Virus record (IMG/VR): IMGVR_UViG_3300028196_000007
Coordinates: 22,140-86,139 of that record
Length of the DNA stretch: 64,000 bases
DNA from: a virus
Reading direction: 5' to 3' (one strand)
Shown: one piece after another, positions 8,347 to 15,304 of the stretch
How positions within the stretch are numbered: position 1 is the stretch's first letter
Layout of the letters: each line of letters opens with the position of its first letter
Notes under the pieces: model-generated
Databases searched by the model: none
Told to the model about the DNA's origin: nothing
What the model saw: only the letters and a program-made list of their open reading frames with translations
Program-made: the position numbers and the translations under genes

Positions 8347-9385
8347 AACTTTTTGATGCCATTGCTTCTAGGTGAGAAAAACATGTTTTTAGCCAAAGGT
8401 CTGGATTTCTAATTGCAGAGTTTGTCTTATCCTCTAACATGAGTTTCTGGAATTTATACTTTACTAATCTATTTATAGGTTTTCTAACTGCATCAATTAT
8501 TCCTGATTTTATACTACCAGGAATGTCAACGTTGCTTAGTTGCATCAAATCATAGTTTAACCTTATCATATCTTCACTATTTTTAATATCTGATATTACT
8601 TTTGAAGTGTCGTCTAAATCTTTTACATGACTAATCATTTCGTCCAAAGTAAGTTTTTTATCTTCAAATAATATAGGAAGTTTTTTCTTTAATGTCTTTA
8701 CACCTACACCTCTTATACCAGGAATATTATCCGATGCATCACCTTTCATAGTTCTATAAAGCAAGAAGTTGTGAGCAGGTATTTCAAAGTCATCATTTAC
8801 TGTTTCTTTAAAATAGTATTTCTTTTTAGTAGGTGACCAAACTTGTACTCTATCATCAACAAGTTGTAGAAAGTCTTTGTCAGTTGACATTATATAGAAG
8901 TGACTTTCAGGATAAACTTGTTGTGACAAGTACGCCATAGCATCATCAGCTTCTATGTTTTCTGGTGCTATCACCGTAATTGGTAGAGTGTCAAGATACT
9001 GAGTTAATCTACGAATTTGATTTTTCATAGATATACTTTCATCTTCTTGATTGTGGAAGGAGTCTAGACGGGTTAACCGCTTTCTAACTTTTCTGTTTGC
9101 TTTGTACTCGGGAAAGAGTTTTCGCCTTTTACTAGAACCACCTTTACCATCAAAACATACAATAACTCTTGTAGGCTTGATGTTTTTTATTGCGTAACCA
9201 ATAGACTGCAGAAAACCCGTCATCCCTCCAATATGTATACCGTCTTCGTTCATACTAGGGTTGACGGCAAATGCCCTAATAAATGTGTTTAATCCATCAA
9301 TCACGAGTATTCTATCGTCTGGTGACTGATTTACTGAATCATCTTTTTTTAGATTTTTCAGGATTTCTATATAACTTTGTTTCAT
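8339..9385 (-). CDS. 5'-3' exonuclease / flap nuclease (T4 RNase H, PolA-N like)
   Basis: IDGLN, FDGKG, YKANR, EADD, STDKDFLQL, GDASDNIPGIRGVGVKT. Confidence 0.95.
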   Translation of the reverse strand: MKQSYIEILKNLKKDDSVNQSPDDRILVIDGLNTFIRAFAVNPSMNEDGIHIGGMTGFLQSIGYAIKNIKPTRVIVCFDGKGGSSKRRKLFPEYKANRKVRKRLTRLDSFHNQEDESISMKNQIRRLTQYLDTLPITVIAPENIEADDAMAYLSQQVYPESHFYIMSTDKDFLQLVDDRVQVWSPTKKKYYFKETVNDDFEIPAHNFLLYRTMKGDASDNIPGIRGVGVKTLKKKLPILFEDKKLTLDEMISHVKDLDDTSKVISDIKNSEDMIRLNYDLMQLSNVDIPGSIKSGIIDAVRKPINRLVKYKFQKLMLEDKTNSAIRNPDLWLKTCFSHLEAMASKSYE

Positions 9386-9390
9386 ATATC

Positions 9391-9420
9391 TAATATAATA
9401 AAAATATCCGACATATAAAA
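9391..9420 (-). promoter_or_regulatory. Class B promoter motif (probably leaderless transcript)
   Basis: TTTTATATGTCGGATATTTTTATTATATTA; TATATT ends 6 nt before ATG 9385. Confidence 0.75.
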
Positions 9421-9424
9421 ATAA

Positions 9425-9442
9425 TTAACGTACTAAGTAGGC
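9425..9442. repeat. 18-bp inverted repeat, arm downstream of hsp20
   Basis: TTAACGTACTAAGTAGGC is the exact reverse complement of 9916-9933. Confidence 0.95.
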
Positions 9443-9448
9443 TGTTTG

Positions 9449-9883
9449 TTATTTTATTTCTATAAACTTGGCTTTTGCCGTTTCGAATTTTGGAACTGTG
9501 ATTTGTAATAAACCATTTTTCATTTCTGCATCCAGACTTGTTAAGTCAAAGTCCGGACTGACCTTCCATCCCATATCAAAACTACGTCTTGCAATTCCTC
9601 TATGGATATAAGTTGGTGCTTCTTTATTTGATGGGTTTGATTCGACAGTAGGTTTTTTGTAGGTAACCTTTAAAGTGTTTCCTTCTACTAAAACGTGTAT
9701 GTCGTCTTTTTCCAATCCAACACATGCGATATCAAAGCATAGTACTTCGTTGTCAACAAATACGTCAACCGGATAATCAGGCTTTGTATCCATTGCTGAA
9801 CCAAATCCTACATTTGTGTCGAAAAAATTTTTGAATAATAAATCGGTAGAGAAGAGTCTCTCACCTAATAAGTGTCTTGTCAT
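9449..9883 (-). CDS. Small heat shock protein (Hsp20/alpha-crystallin)
   Basis: YPVDV, YIHRGIARRSF, AEMKNGLLQITVPK, C-terminal IEIK (IxI). Confidence 0.95.
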   Translation of the reverse strand: MTRHLLGERLFSTDLLFKNFFDTNVGFGSAMDTKPDYPVDVFVDNEVLCFDIACVGLEKDDIHVLVEGNTLKVTYKKPTVESNPSNKEAPTYIHRGIARRSFDMGWKVSPDFDLTSLDAEMKNGLLQITVPKFETAKAKFIEIK

Positions 9884-9915
9884 AATAAATCTCCTTAAAT
9901 AATTTTAATGTTATC

Positions 9916-9933
9916 GCCTACTTAGTACGTTAA
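9916..9933. repeat. 18-bp inverted repeat, arm upstream of hsp20
   Basis: GCCTACTTAGTACGTTAA is the reverse complement of 9425-9442. Confidence 0.95.
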
Positions 9934-9937
9934 CATA

Positions 9938-9946
9938 TATAAATAT
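9938..9946 (-). promoter_or_regulatory. Class A promoter motif for hsp20
   Basis: ATATTTATA 4 nt upstream of the inverted-repeat arm. Confidence 0.65.
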
Positions 9947-9960
9947 ACAGCTGCTCAGTA

Positions 9961-10305
9961 TTATTTCTGATTCGCTATATGAAACATTTCTTCACCTGCT
10001 TTCCAGTAACTCCTTTTAGAGTCTTTGCATATTGCTATTGTATACTTAGACCTAACATCAGAAAGAGCTGCTTCAACAGCTTTACTATCTTTCAAGTCTC
10101 TAACTGTTATTGTAGTATACGTCTTAAATCTTCCTTTAGATTTAGATTTTTTACCATCATCTGACTCAGCTTGAGCTTTGTCTTTTATACCCTGGTCTAT
10201 ACCTCTTTGATAAGCTGATATTGATGTAGACTTTTTTGTTTTAGCCACTGGCTTTTGAGTGTCAACTGTTTGTTGGTTCTCTAAATGTACTGTCAATCTT
10301 TTCAT
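9961..10305 (-). CDS. Hypothetical basic protein
   Basis: 114-aa Lys-rich ORF on the coding strand; no motif recognised. Confidence 0.7.
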   Translation of the reverse strand: MKRLTVHLENQQTVDTQKPVAKTKKSTSISAYQRGIDQGIKDKAQAESDDGKKSKSKGRFKTYTTITVRDLKDSKAVEAALSDVRSKYTIAICKDSKRSYWKAGEEMFHIANQK

Positions 10306-10331
10306 ATAATTTCTTTTTTTAGTTTAAAAAT

Positions 10332-10427
10332 AAAGGCTCTTGGTTGGTTAAATAAATCTTTACCATAGTGAGGATTTTTAACTCTTAACATTCTGCACCA
10401 CGTGAAGGTGGCCTTTGTTAGCAGAAC
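10332..10427 (-). ncRNA. HDV/CPEB3-like self-cleaving ribozyme
   Basis: P1 GUUCUGC/GCAGAAU with G1-U wobble; P2 AAAGGCC/G(A)GCCUUU; P3 ACC/GGU; L3 UUCACGU; GU after P1; long P4; J4/2 CCAA. Confidence 0.85.
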
Positions 10428-10435
10428 TAGGTGCT

Positions 10436-10633
10436 TTACAACACCTTGATTACATCAGATTTTTTAACTTCAACAACCTCAAATTCTACTGAGTCATTGG
10501 CAAAGTCTTTATTTACTATTGCTTCTGCATCCGTAACTGATACCGCTGAAACTAAATAAGCTTCTTTTTTCCAAGTAACCTTAGTTCCGTTGTCGGTCGC
10601 TACTTTAACTCTTGCTAAATAATACATATCCAT
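10436..10633 (-). CDS. DUF4494-like small protein
   Basis: YYLARVK...KEAYLVSAVSVTDAEA...FEVVEVKKSDVIKV pattern resembles the Bacteroidota/phage DUF4494 family. Confidence 0.65.
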   Translation of the reverse strand: MDMYYLARVKVATDNGTKVTWKKEAYLVSAVSVTDAEAIVNKDFANDSVEFEVVEVKKSDVIKVL

Positions 10634-10644
10634 AATTTTCTCCT

Positions 10645-11184
10645 TTATTTTCTTATATATAATTTTTGATTTCTAATATACATTTTACCTGTAGGTATTT
10701 CTGTTAACTCTCTACCTAGCATATCGTATATTTTATTACTCATACAACAACTACATCCCATTTGACATTCATATTCTAATATTGCAGTTGGTACTCCAAT
10801 GTTGCTCATTAACATCCAAGCTTGTCCGTCCCATACTTGATTGAAACAACAACTCATTGTGTCAACATAACCTAATGAATCTGTTAAAGTATAAGATATA
10901 CACGTTGTTATTGTATCATAAGGCATTCCTGTGGTTGGATTGTAATTGTATACTAAGTGTGTACAAGGACCACTAAAACAACTGTCTTGACCCAACATTG
11001 TTTGACCACCATAAGTTACAGCATACAAAGGTGCCATAGTAGGCAAACTATTTCCAGTTACTGGTATTGCTATTTCTAATTGATATTGTGAGCCTATTGT
11101 GTAAGTCATGTTTGAATCACATAAGGTTTGTGCTTGTGTTTGTAGTCCAAGCGAAACTAATAATACTGCTAATAATCTTTTCAT
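10645..11184 (-). CDS. Secreted Cys-rich protein with T9SS C-terminal-domain-like tail
   Basis: Signal peptide MKRLLAVLLVSLGLQTQA|Q; C-terminus KIYDMLGRELTEIPTGKMYIRNQKLYIRK. Confidence 0.6.
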   Translation of the reverse strand: MKRLLAVLLVSLGLQTQAQTLCDSNMTYTIGSQYQLEIAIPVTGNSLPTMAPLYAVTYGGQTMLGQDSCFSGPCTHLVYNYNPTTGMPYDTITTCISYTLTDSLGYVDTMSCCFNQVWDGQAWMLMSNIGVPTAILEYECQMGCSCCMSNKIYDMLGRELTEIPTGKMYIRNQKLYIRK

Positions 11185-11228
11185 ATTTTATTCTTTTATT
11201 CTTTTTAAATTAATTTAATATAATAATA

Positions 11229-11448
11229 TCTATGCGGTTGGATTCGAACCAACAGTTTTTCAAGTACAAATTTGTAGGCTAAAAACTTAAAAAAAGCCTT
11301 ATAGTTCCTGTACTCTTGAGGAACTCGGGGTCGTTGTTAGCGCCACCATAAACCTTAGTAGCTACAAGTAGCTTATAAAGGTTGCGTATCTCCAAGCTAA
11401 TATATTCATGTTTTATATACATGTCAATTAGCATTCCGCCACGCATAG
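11229..11448 (-). ncRNA. 220-nt tRNA-like RNA with enlarged D loop and multi-hairpin central region
   Basis: Acceptor CUAUGCG/CGCAUAG plus discriminator A; U8G9; D stem GCG/CGC; perfect T arm GUUGG-UUCGAAU-CCAAC; no canonical anticodon arm. Confidence 0.8.
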
Positions 11449-11454
11449 TTATTA

Positions 11455-12582
11455 TTATCCTATTGGCACATCATCATTTCCGATTTCAATATCATCGATA
11501 CCTAAATCATCTGTTTTGTATGCCATAATCAATGTTTCGCAAATCTTGTTATATATTCTCTCTTTCCTTTCGGGGTCAGAAAGTACTAACTTTTCAAAGT
11601 CTTTTGATAAAAACTTTATTTCTTTGCCTGTTACATCATCAGTATAAGTATACCAAGAACCGCCTTGTTTAATAAGGCTGTAGTCTTTTAACACCTGAAG
11701 CCAACCACCAAAGTCATCGATGCCTGATTCGAAATAAATATTAAATTCTGCTTCTCGTAAAGGTGGTCCCATTCTGTTCTTGACAACCTTTGCCTTTGTT
11801 TTAATACCTATAACTTGTTCTTTACCGTTAACCTTAGCTTTAATCTGTCCTGCTGCTTTCAATCTTAATCTACAACTAGCATGAAACTGGATTGCTTTAC
11901 CGCCTGATGTAGTATATTTGTCACCAAACATAACACCTAGCTTTTCTCTTAGCTGATTTGTAAATATCAAACATACTCTTTCTCTACCAATTAACTGAGT
12001 AATTTTTCTCATACCTTTTGACAACACAATTGCTTTTGACGTAGCCCAACCTTCTTTGTCATAGTCTTGAGCCTGTTCAATTTTTGTTGTTGCTGCAGCT
12101 ACTGAGTCTACTGCAATTGATACCAATCTATTTTTGTCTGATTCTTTTACTTTTAAGATTATATTTTCAATAACCTCAAATATATCTTCTACAGCTTCGA
12201 GTTGAATATACAACATCTTAGAAATGTCCATTCCTATAGCAGTTAAAAACTCCTCATTCATGGCATTTTCTGTATCTATGTATACTGCAAGGCCTCCTTG
12301 CTTTTGCGTGTTAGCGAGTAGATGAGCTGCAATGAGTGATTTACCAGAAGCTTCCATTCCAGTAATTTCTGTAATTCTACCTACCGGTAAACCACCATTA
12401 GCTCTATTTGAAATAGCTAGGTCAAGTAAAGATGAACCTGTACTTATCCATTCAGTTAAGTCAGTTGGTGTTTCATCTGCACCATCTAGAAAGTATGCAA
12501 CTTTCATTCCTTTAAACTGTTTGTTTAATGAGTCAGCTAATACGCTGGCTAATTCATCTCGTTTTGTCTTATCCTTTGCCAT
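11455..12582 (-). CDS. recA: RecA/UvsX recombinase
   Basis: ISTGS, GGLPVGRITEITGMEASGKS, YIDTENA, VDSVAA, FTNQLR, TSGGKA, KNRMGPP. Confidence 0.95.
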   Translation of the reverse strand: MAKDKTKRDELASVLADSLNKQFKGMKVAYFLDGADETPTDLTEWISTGSSLLDLAISNRANGGLPVGRITEITGMEASGKSLIAAHLLANTQKQGGLAVYIDTENAMNEEFLTAIGMDISKMLYIQLEAVEDIFEVIENIILKVKESDKNRLVSIAVDSVAAATTKIEQAQDYDKEGWATSKAIVLSKGMRKITQLIGRERVCLIFTNQLREKLGVMFGDKYTTSGGKAIQFHASCRLRLKAAGQIKAKVNGKEQVIGIKTKAKVVKNRMGPPLREAEFNIYFESGIDDFGGWLQVLKDYSLIKQGGSWYTYTDDVTGKEIKFLSKDFEKLVLSDPERKERIYNKICETLIMAYKTDDLGIDDIEIGNDDVPIG

Positions 12583-12594
12583 GTTAATTTCCTC

Positions 12595-13347
12595 TTACTC
12601 GTTAAATAAATCATCAAATGCTGATTCAACATCTTTTGTTGATGATACGCCTGTTGCTGCAGCTGTTGATGTTTGAGCTGGAGCTGCTTCACCACCATCT
12701 GGGTTCAACCATTCTTCCAATACAGCTTTTAAGTCATCGTATGAATTTTTTCTAAAAATTTCAAAGATTTCTTTTTGTCCACTAACAATTTTATCTGCAA
12801 TGTTTGCATCTGTTGTTGCTGGTGTCTGATTTGGTTTTACACGGATTGCAGTTTTAGGATAGTTCCCTACTCCTTCTGCTGGTGTGAATTCTACAGAGAT
12901 ATCTCTACCAGATTTTACATCTGTGATATCACCATAGTCTGGGTCTGAAATAAATCCTAGCAATTCAGTATATACCTGCTTACCAAATCCCCAAAATTTA
13001 ACACCATCAGATTCTTCTCCTCTAACAATAACTGGCACATAACATCTCATTTTCGGTGATAGTTTTCTTGCCAATTTAAAGTCATCAGATTTACCTGTTG
13101 CTCTAAGCTTTTGTGCAAACTCTTCTACTGGGTCTGCTTCGCCATAAGTTACTGGTGATAGGTAATTCTTTTTACCTAAGTCATAGTGAAAATACATTTC
13201 AATAAACGGATTTTCTTTGTTGTGTTGGTAAGGTACAATTCTTACTTGGTTCTTACCTGGTTCAGGTTTCCACAAGTTGTCTTGTCTTCCTGTTTGTGTT
13301 TGTAAGTTATTTAACTTACGTCGGATTGCTTCTAAATCAATAGCCAT
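12595..13347 (-). CDS. Single-stranded DNA-binding protein (gp32-like)
   Basis: LWKPEPG, VRIVP, GVKFWGFGKQVY, DITD..GRD, acidic tail AFDDLFNE; adjacent to RecA. Confidence 0.85.
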   Translation of the reverse strand: MAIDLEAIRRKLNNLQTQTGRQDNLWKPEPGKNQVRIVPYQHNKENPFIEMYFHYDLGKKNYLSPVTYGEADPVEEFAQKLRATGKSDDFKLARKLSPKMRCYVPVIVRGEESDGVKFWGFGKQVYTELLGFISDPDYGDITDVKSGRDISVEFTPAEGVGNYPKTAIRVKPNQTPATTDANIADKIVSGQKEIFEIFRKNSYDDLKAVLEEWLNPDGGEAAPAQTSTAAATGVSSTKDVESAFDDLFNE

Positions 13348-13378
13348 TTTTTTCTCCTGTTTTTAATTATTATTTAGT

Positions 13379-13408
13379 TAATATAACAAAAATATTCCAC
13401 ATTATAAA
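13379..13408 (-). promoter_or_regulatory. Class B promoter motif (degenerate box)
   Basis: TTGTTATATTA conserved; upstream box only partly conserved. Confidence 0.5.
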
Positions 13409-14418
13409 ACTTTATGTAAACTATTTTTGTATTTTTTTAAGTAGCCTATTACAGCTATTTCCTTATGCTTTGCTTCGACAACCACATCGATGTCTAGACC
13501 ATAGTCGTTGATTTCGTCTACAACTAAGTCTGAATGTGCTTGTACTTTTATTTTTTGAGATTCCTTGTGTAGCTTTTCCATAGTAGGATATTCGGATAAC
13601 TTTTCCATTGGTATATTACTGTTTTTAAGAAAAGTTTCAACTATGAGTCCTTGTTCTCGCCTACGTGATTCGGAATAATGAGTACAAGGTTTTACATCAC
13701 CCCATGTAGATGCTGCTAGTTTTAGTGCTTGTTCTTCGGTAAGACCACCTGTACAGAATTTGTGGTGGTGATAATCGAATACAATAGGTATACCTGTATT
13801 TTGGAATACACCTGTATATAAATCTTGAACTGAATACATGCTAGCTTTGTCGTCGTTTTCCACTGTTAACCTGGATTTTGCTGATTCTGATAATTTGTCG
13901 AAATTATTGCAAAACCTAACAAGAGCTGTTTCCTTGTTGCCATAAGCACCGCCAACATGTATATTGATTTTTGCCATACGTGTTCGTGGTAAACCCATAA
14001 GGTCCATAATTTGAGCAGACTTATTAAGTTCGTTCCAAGCACCTTCTACTGTTTTTTGAGTTGGTGAAGCTAGCACTGTAAACTGGCCTGGGTGGAATGA
14101 CAACCTTTGGCCATAACCTTGAGCCAAGTCGCCAGCTTGCTTTAATAGCACACATAATTCATCGTAGCCAGGCAGGTCTGTAAATTCATATTCAGACATC
14201 CACGGATATATGTCACTAGACATACGGAATACTTTTATTCCATTGTCCTCATTCCATTGAATAATCTTGATTAAGTCTTTGGTATTTGCTATACACAATT
14301 CTGACACATAGTCTAGACCTTTTGCATCGAATGTTCGCCTAATCATTGAGCGGCCTGTGTATATACCTTGTTTTCGTAAGTGCATGTTTATACATGCGTA
14401 TCCTAATTGCTTTGCCAT
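13402..14418 (-). CDS. uvsE: UV damage endonuclease UvsE
   Basis: LGYACIN, FRMSS, RLSFHPGQFTVL, INIHVGG, LTVENDD, VFDYHHH, HYSES, AHSD, VEAKHKE. Confidence 0.95.
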   Translation of the reverse strand: MAKQLGYACINMHLRKQGIYTGRSMIRRTFDAKGLDYVSELCIANTKDLIKIIQWNEDNGIKVFRMSSDIYPWMSEYEFTDLPGYDELCVLLKQAGDLAQGYGQRLSFHPGQFTVLASPTQKTVEGAWNELNKSAQIMDLMGLPRTRMAKINIHVGGAYGNKETALVRFCNNFDKLSESAKSRLTVENDDKASMYSVQDLYTGVFQNTGIPIVFDYHHHKFCTGGLTEEQALKLAASTWGDVKPCTHYSESRRREQGLIVETFLKNSNIPMEKLSEYPTMEKLHKESQKIKVQAHSDLVVDEINDYGLDIDVVVEAKHKEIAVIGYLKKYKNSLHKVL

Positions 14419-14424
14419 ATTCTA

Positions 14425-14454
14425 TAATATAATAAATTTTTCCGACATATAAAA
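14425..14454 (-). promoter_or_regulatory. Class B promoter motif (probably leaderless)
   Basis: TTTTATATGTCGGAAAAATTTATTATATTA; TATATT ends 7 nt before ATG 14418. Confidence 0.75.
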
Positions 14455-14455
14455 A

Positions 14456-14800
14456 TTATTTCCATAATATTTGTATACAAACTAGTGTCGTTGCTAATAC
14501 AAGTGAAACTGCAGTTTTTGTTGTTATACCTTCTCCCATAAAAATCCATGTTAATACAACAAACGATATCATTCCTGTGCCAAAGCCTATAAATCTGCCT
14601 GGCCAAAGCAAGCCATCAAAGTGAGCTACAACATGTTTGGTAGCAAATATAAACATATAGGATATTATACTTCCCATGCCTATTGATAAAATTATTGGAT
14701 TTTTTTCGAACCATTTCCATATGAATTGGCCGTTTGTCTGGAACCAGATTAGAGACTGGCCCGCGAAGAATAGTACTATTGCTAGTGTCAATTGTTTCAT
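14456..14800 (-). CDS. Small four-helix membrane protein (SMR/DMT-like)
   Basis: Four hydrophobic segments in 114 aa, with GE..T before the last helix. Confidence 0.6.
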   Translation of the reverse strand: MKQLTLAIVLFFAGQSLIWFQTNGQFIWKWFEKNPIILSIGMGSIISYMFIFATKHVVAHFDGLLWPGRFIGFGTGMISFVVLTWIFMGEGITTKTAVSLVLATTLVCIQILWK

Positions 14801-14833
14801 TCGTTAATTATTATTCGTTATTACTTATTTATA

Positions 14834-14866
14834 TATAAATATACACAAATTATCCGAGATATAAAA
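14834..14866 (-). promoter_or_regulatory. Overlapping class B and class A promoter motifs
   Basis: TTTTATATCTCGGA box (14866-14853) and ATATTTATA (14842-14834). Confidence 0.6.
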
Positions 14867-14902
14867 ATTTTTTGATGTTTTTTTTATAAAGTTATTAACA
14901 AT

Positions 14903-15304
14903 TTATTTTTTAACTTTTATGTATATAACTTCTTTTACTGATGTATCTATTCTTCTCAAGCCTTCATCATTTGTTACAAGTATTGAGTTTCTATAGTTAT
15001 CCCATTCTAATTGAAAGCGAGTATCTAAAACACCATTGTTGCATATTTTTATACATTCATTTAATGCGTTTATTGTATATAAAGTGTTTGTCTGCTTTTT
15101 TCTATGTAAAGAAATAGTATCAGGTATTATCTCTATTTTGTTTGTCGAGTCTATATTATATGTACACATCAACTCAGACTTGTTCTCTTCGTTATTAAGT
15201 ATAAACAACTTGTTATATAATATGTCGTATGTGTCGACAATTCTATCTATAGTTTTTGTAAGAAACTTTGATTTTGTAAATGTGCATAGTAATTGTGATT
15301 TCAT
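14903..15304 (-). CDS. Conserved-looking phage hypothetical protein
   Basis: 133-aa ORF coupled to the upstream gene (stop/start overlap at 15304). Confidence 0.75.
   Translation of the reverse strand: MKSQLLCTFTKSKFLTKTIDRIVDTYDILYNKLFILNNEENKSELMCTYNIDSTNKIEIIPDTISLHRKKQTNTLYTINALNECIKICNNGVLDTRFQLEWDNYRNSILVTNDEGLRRIDTSVKEVIYIKVKK

Noticed and set aside
10332-10427. Plus-strand reading of the structured spacer (P4 has G-U pairs on the plus strand)
   Set aside because: The diagnostic HDV features (G1-U, L3 UUCACGU, catalytic C) exist only on the minus strand, which is also the transcribed strand.
11229-11448. Canonical tRNA, tmRNA or group I intron-containing tRNA
   Set aside because: No 5-bp/7-nt anticodon arm, no G3-U alanine identity, an intact D stem, and insertions that are too short and lack a recognisable group I core. 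Kept as an unassigned tRNA-like RNA.
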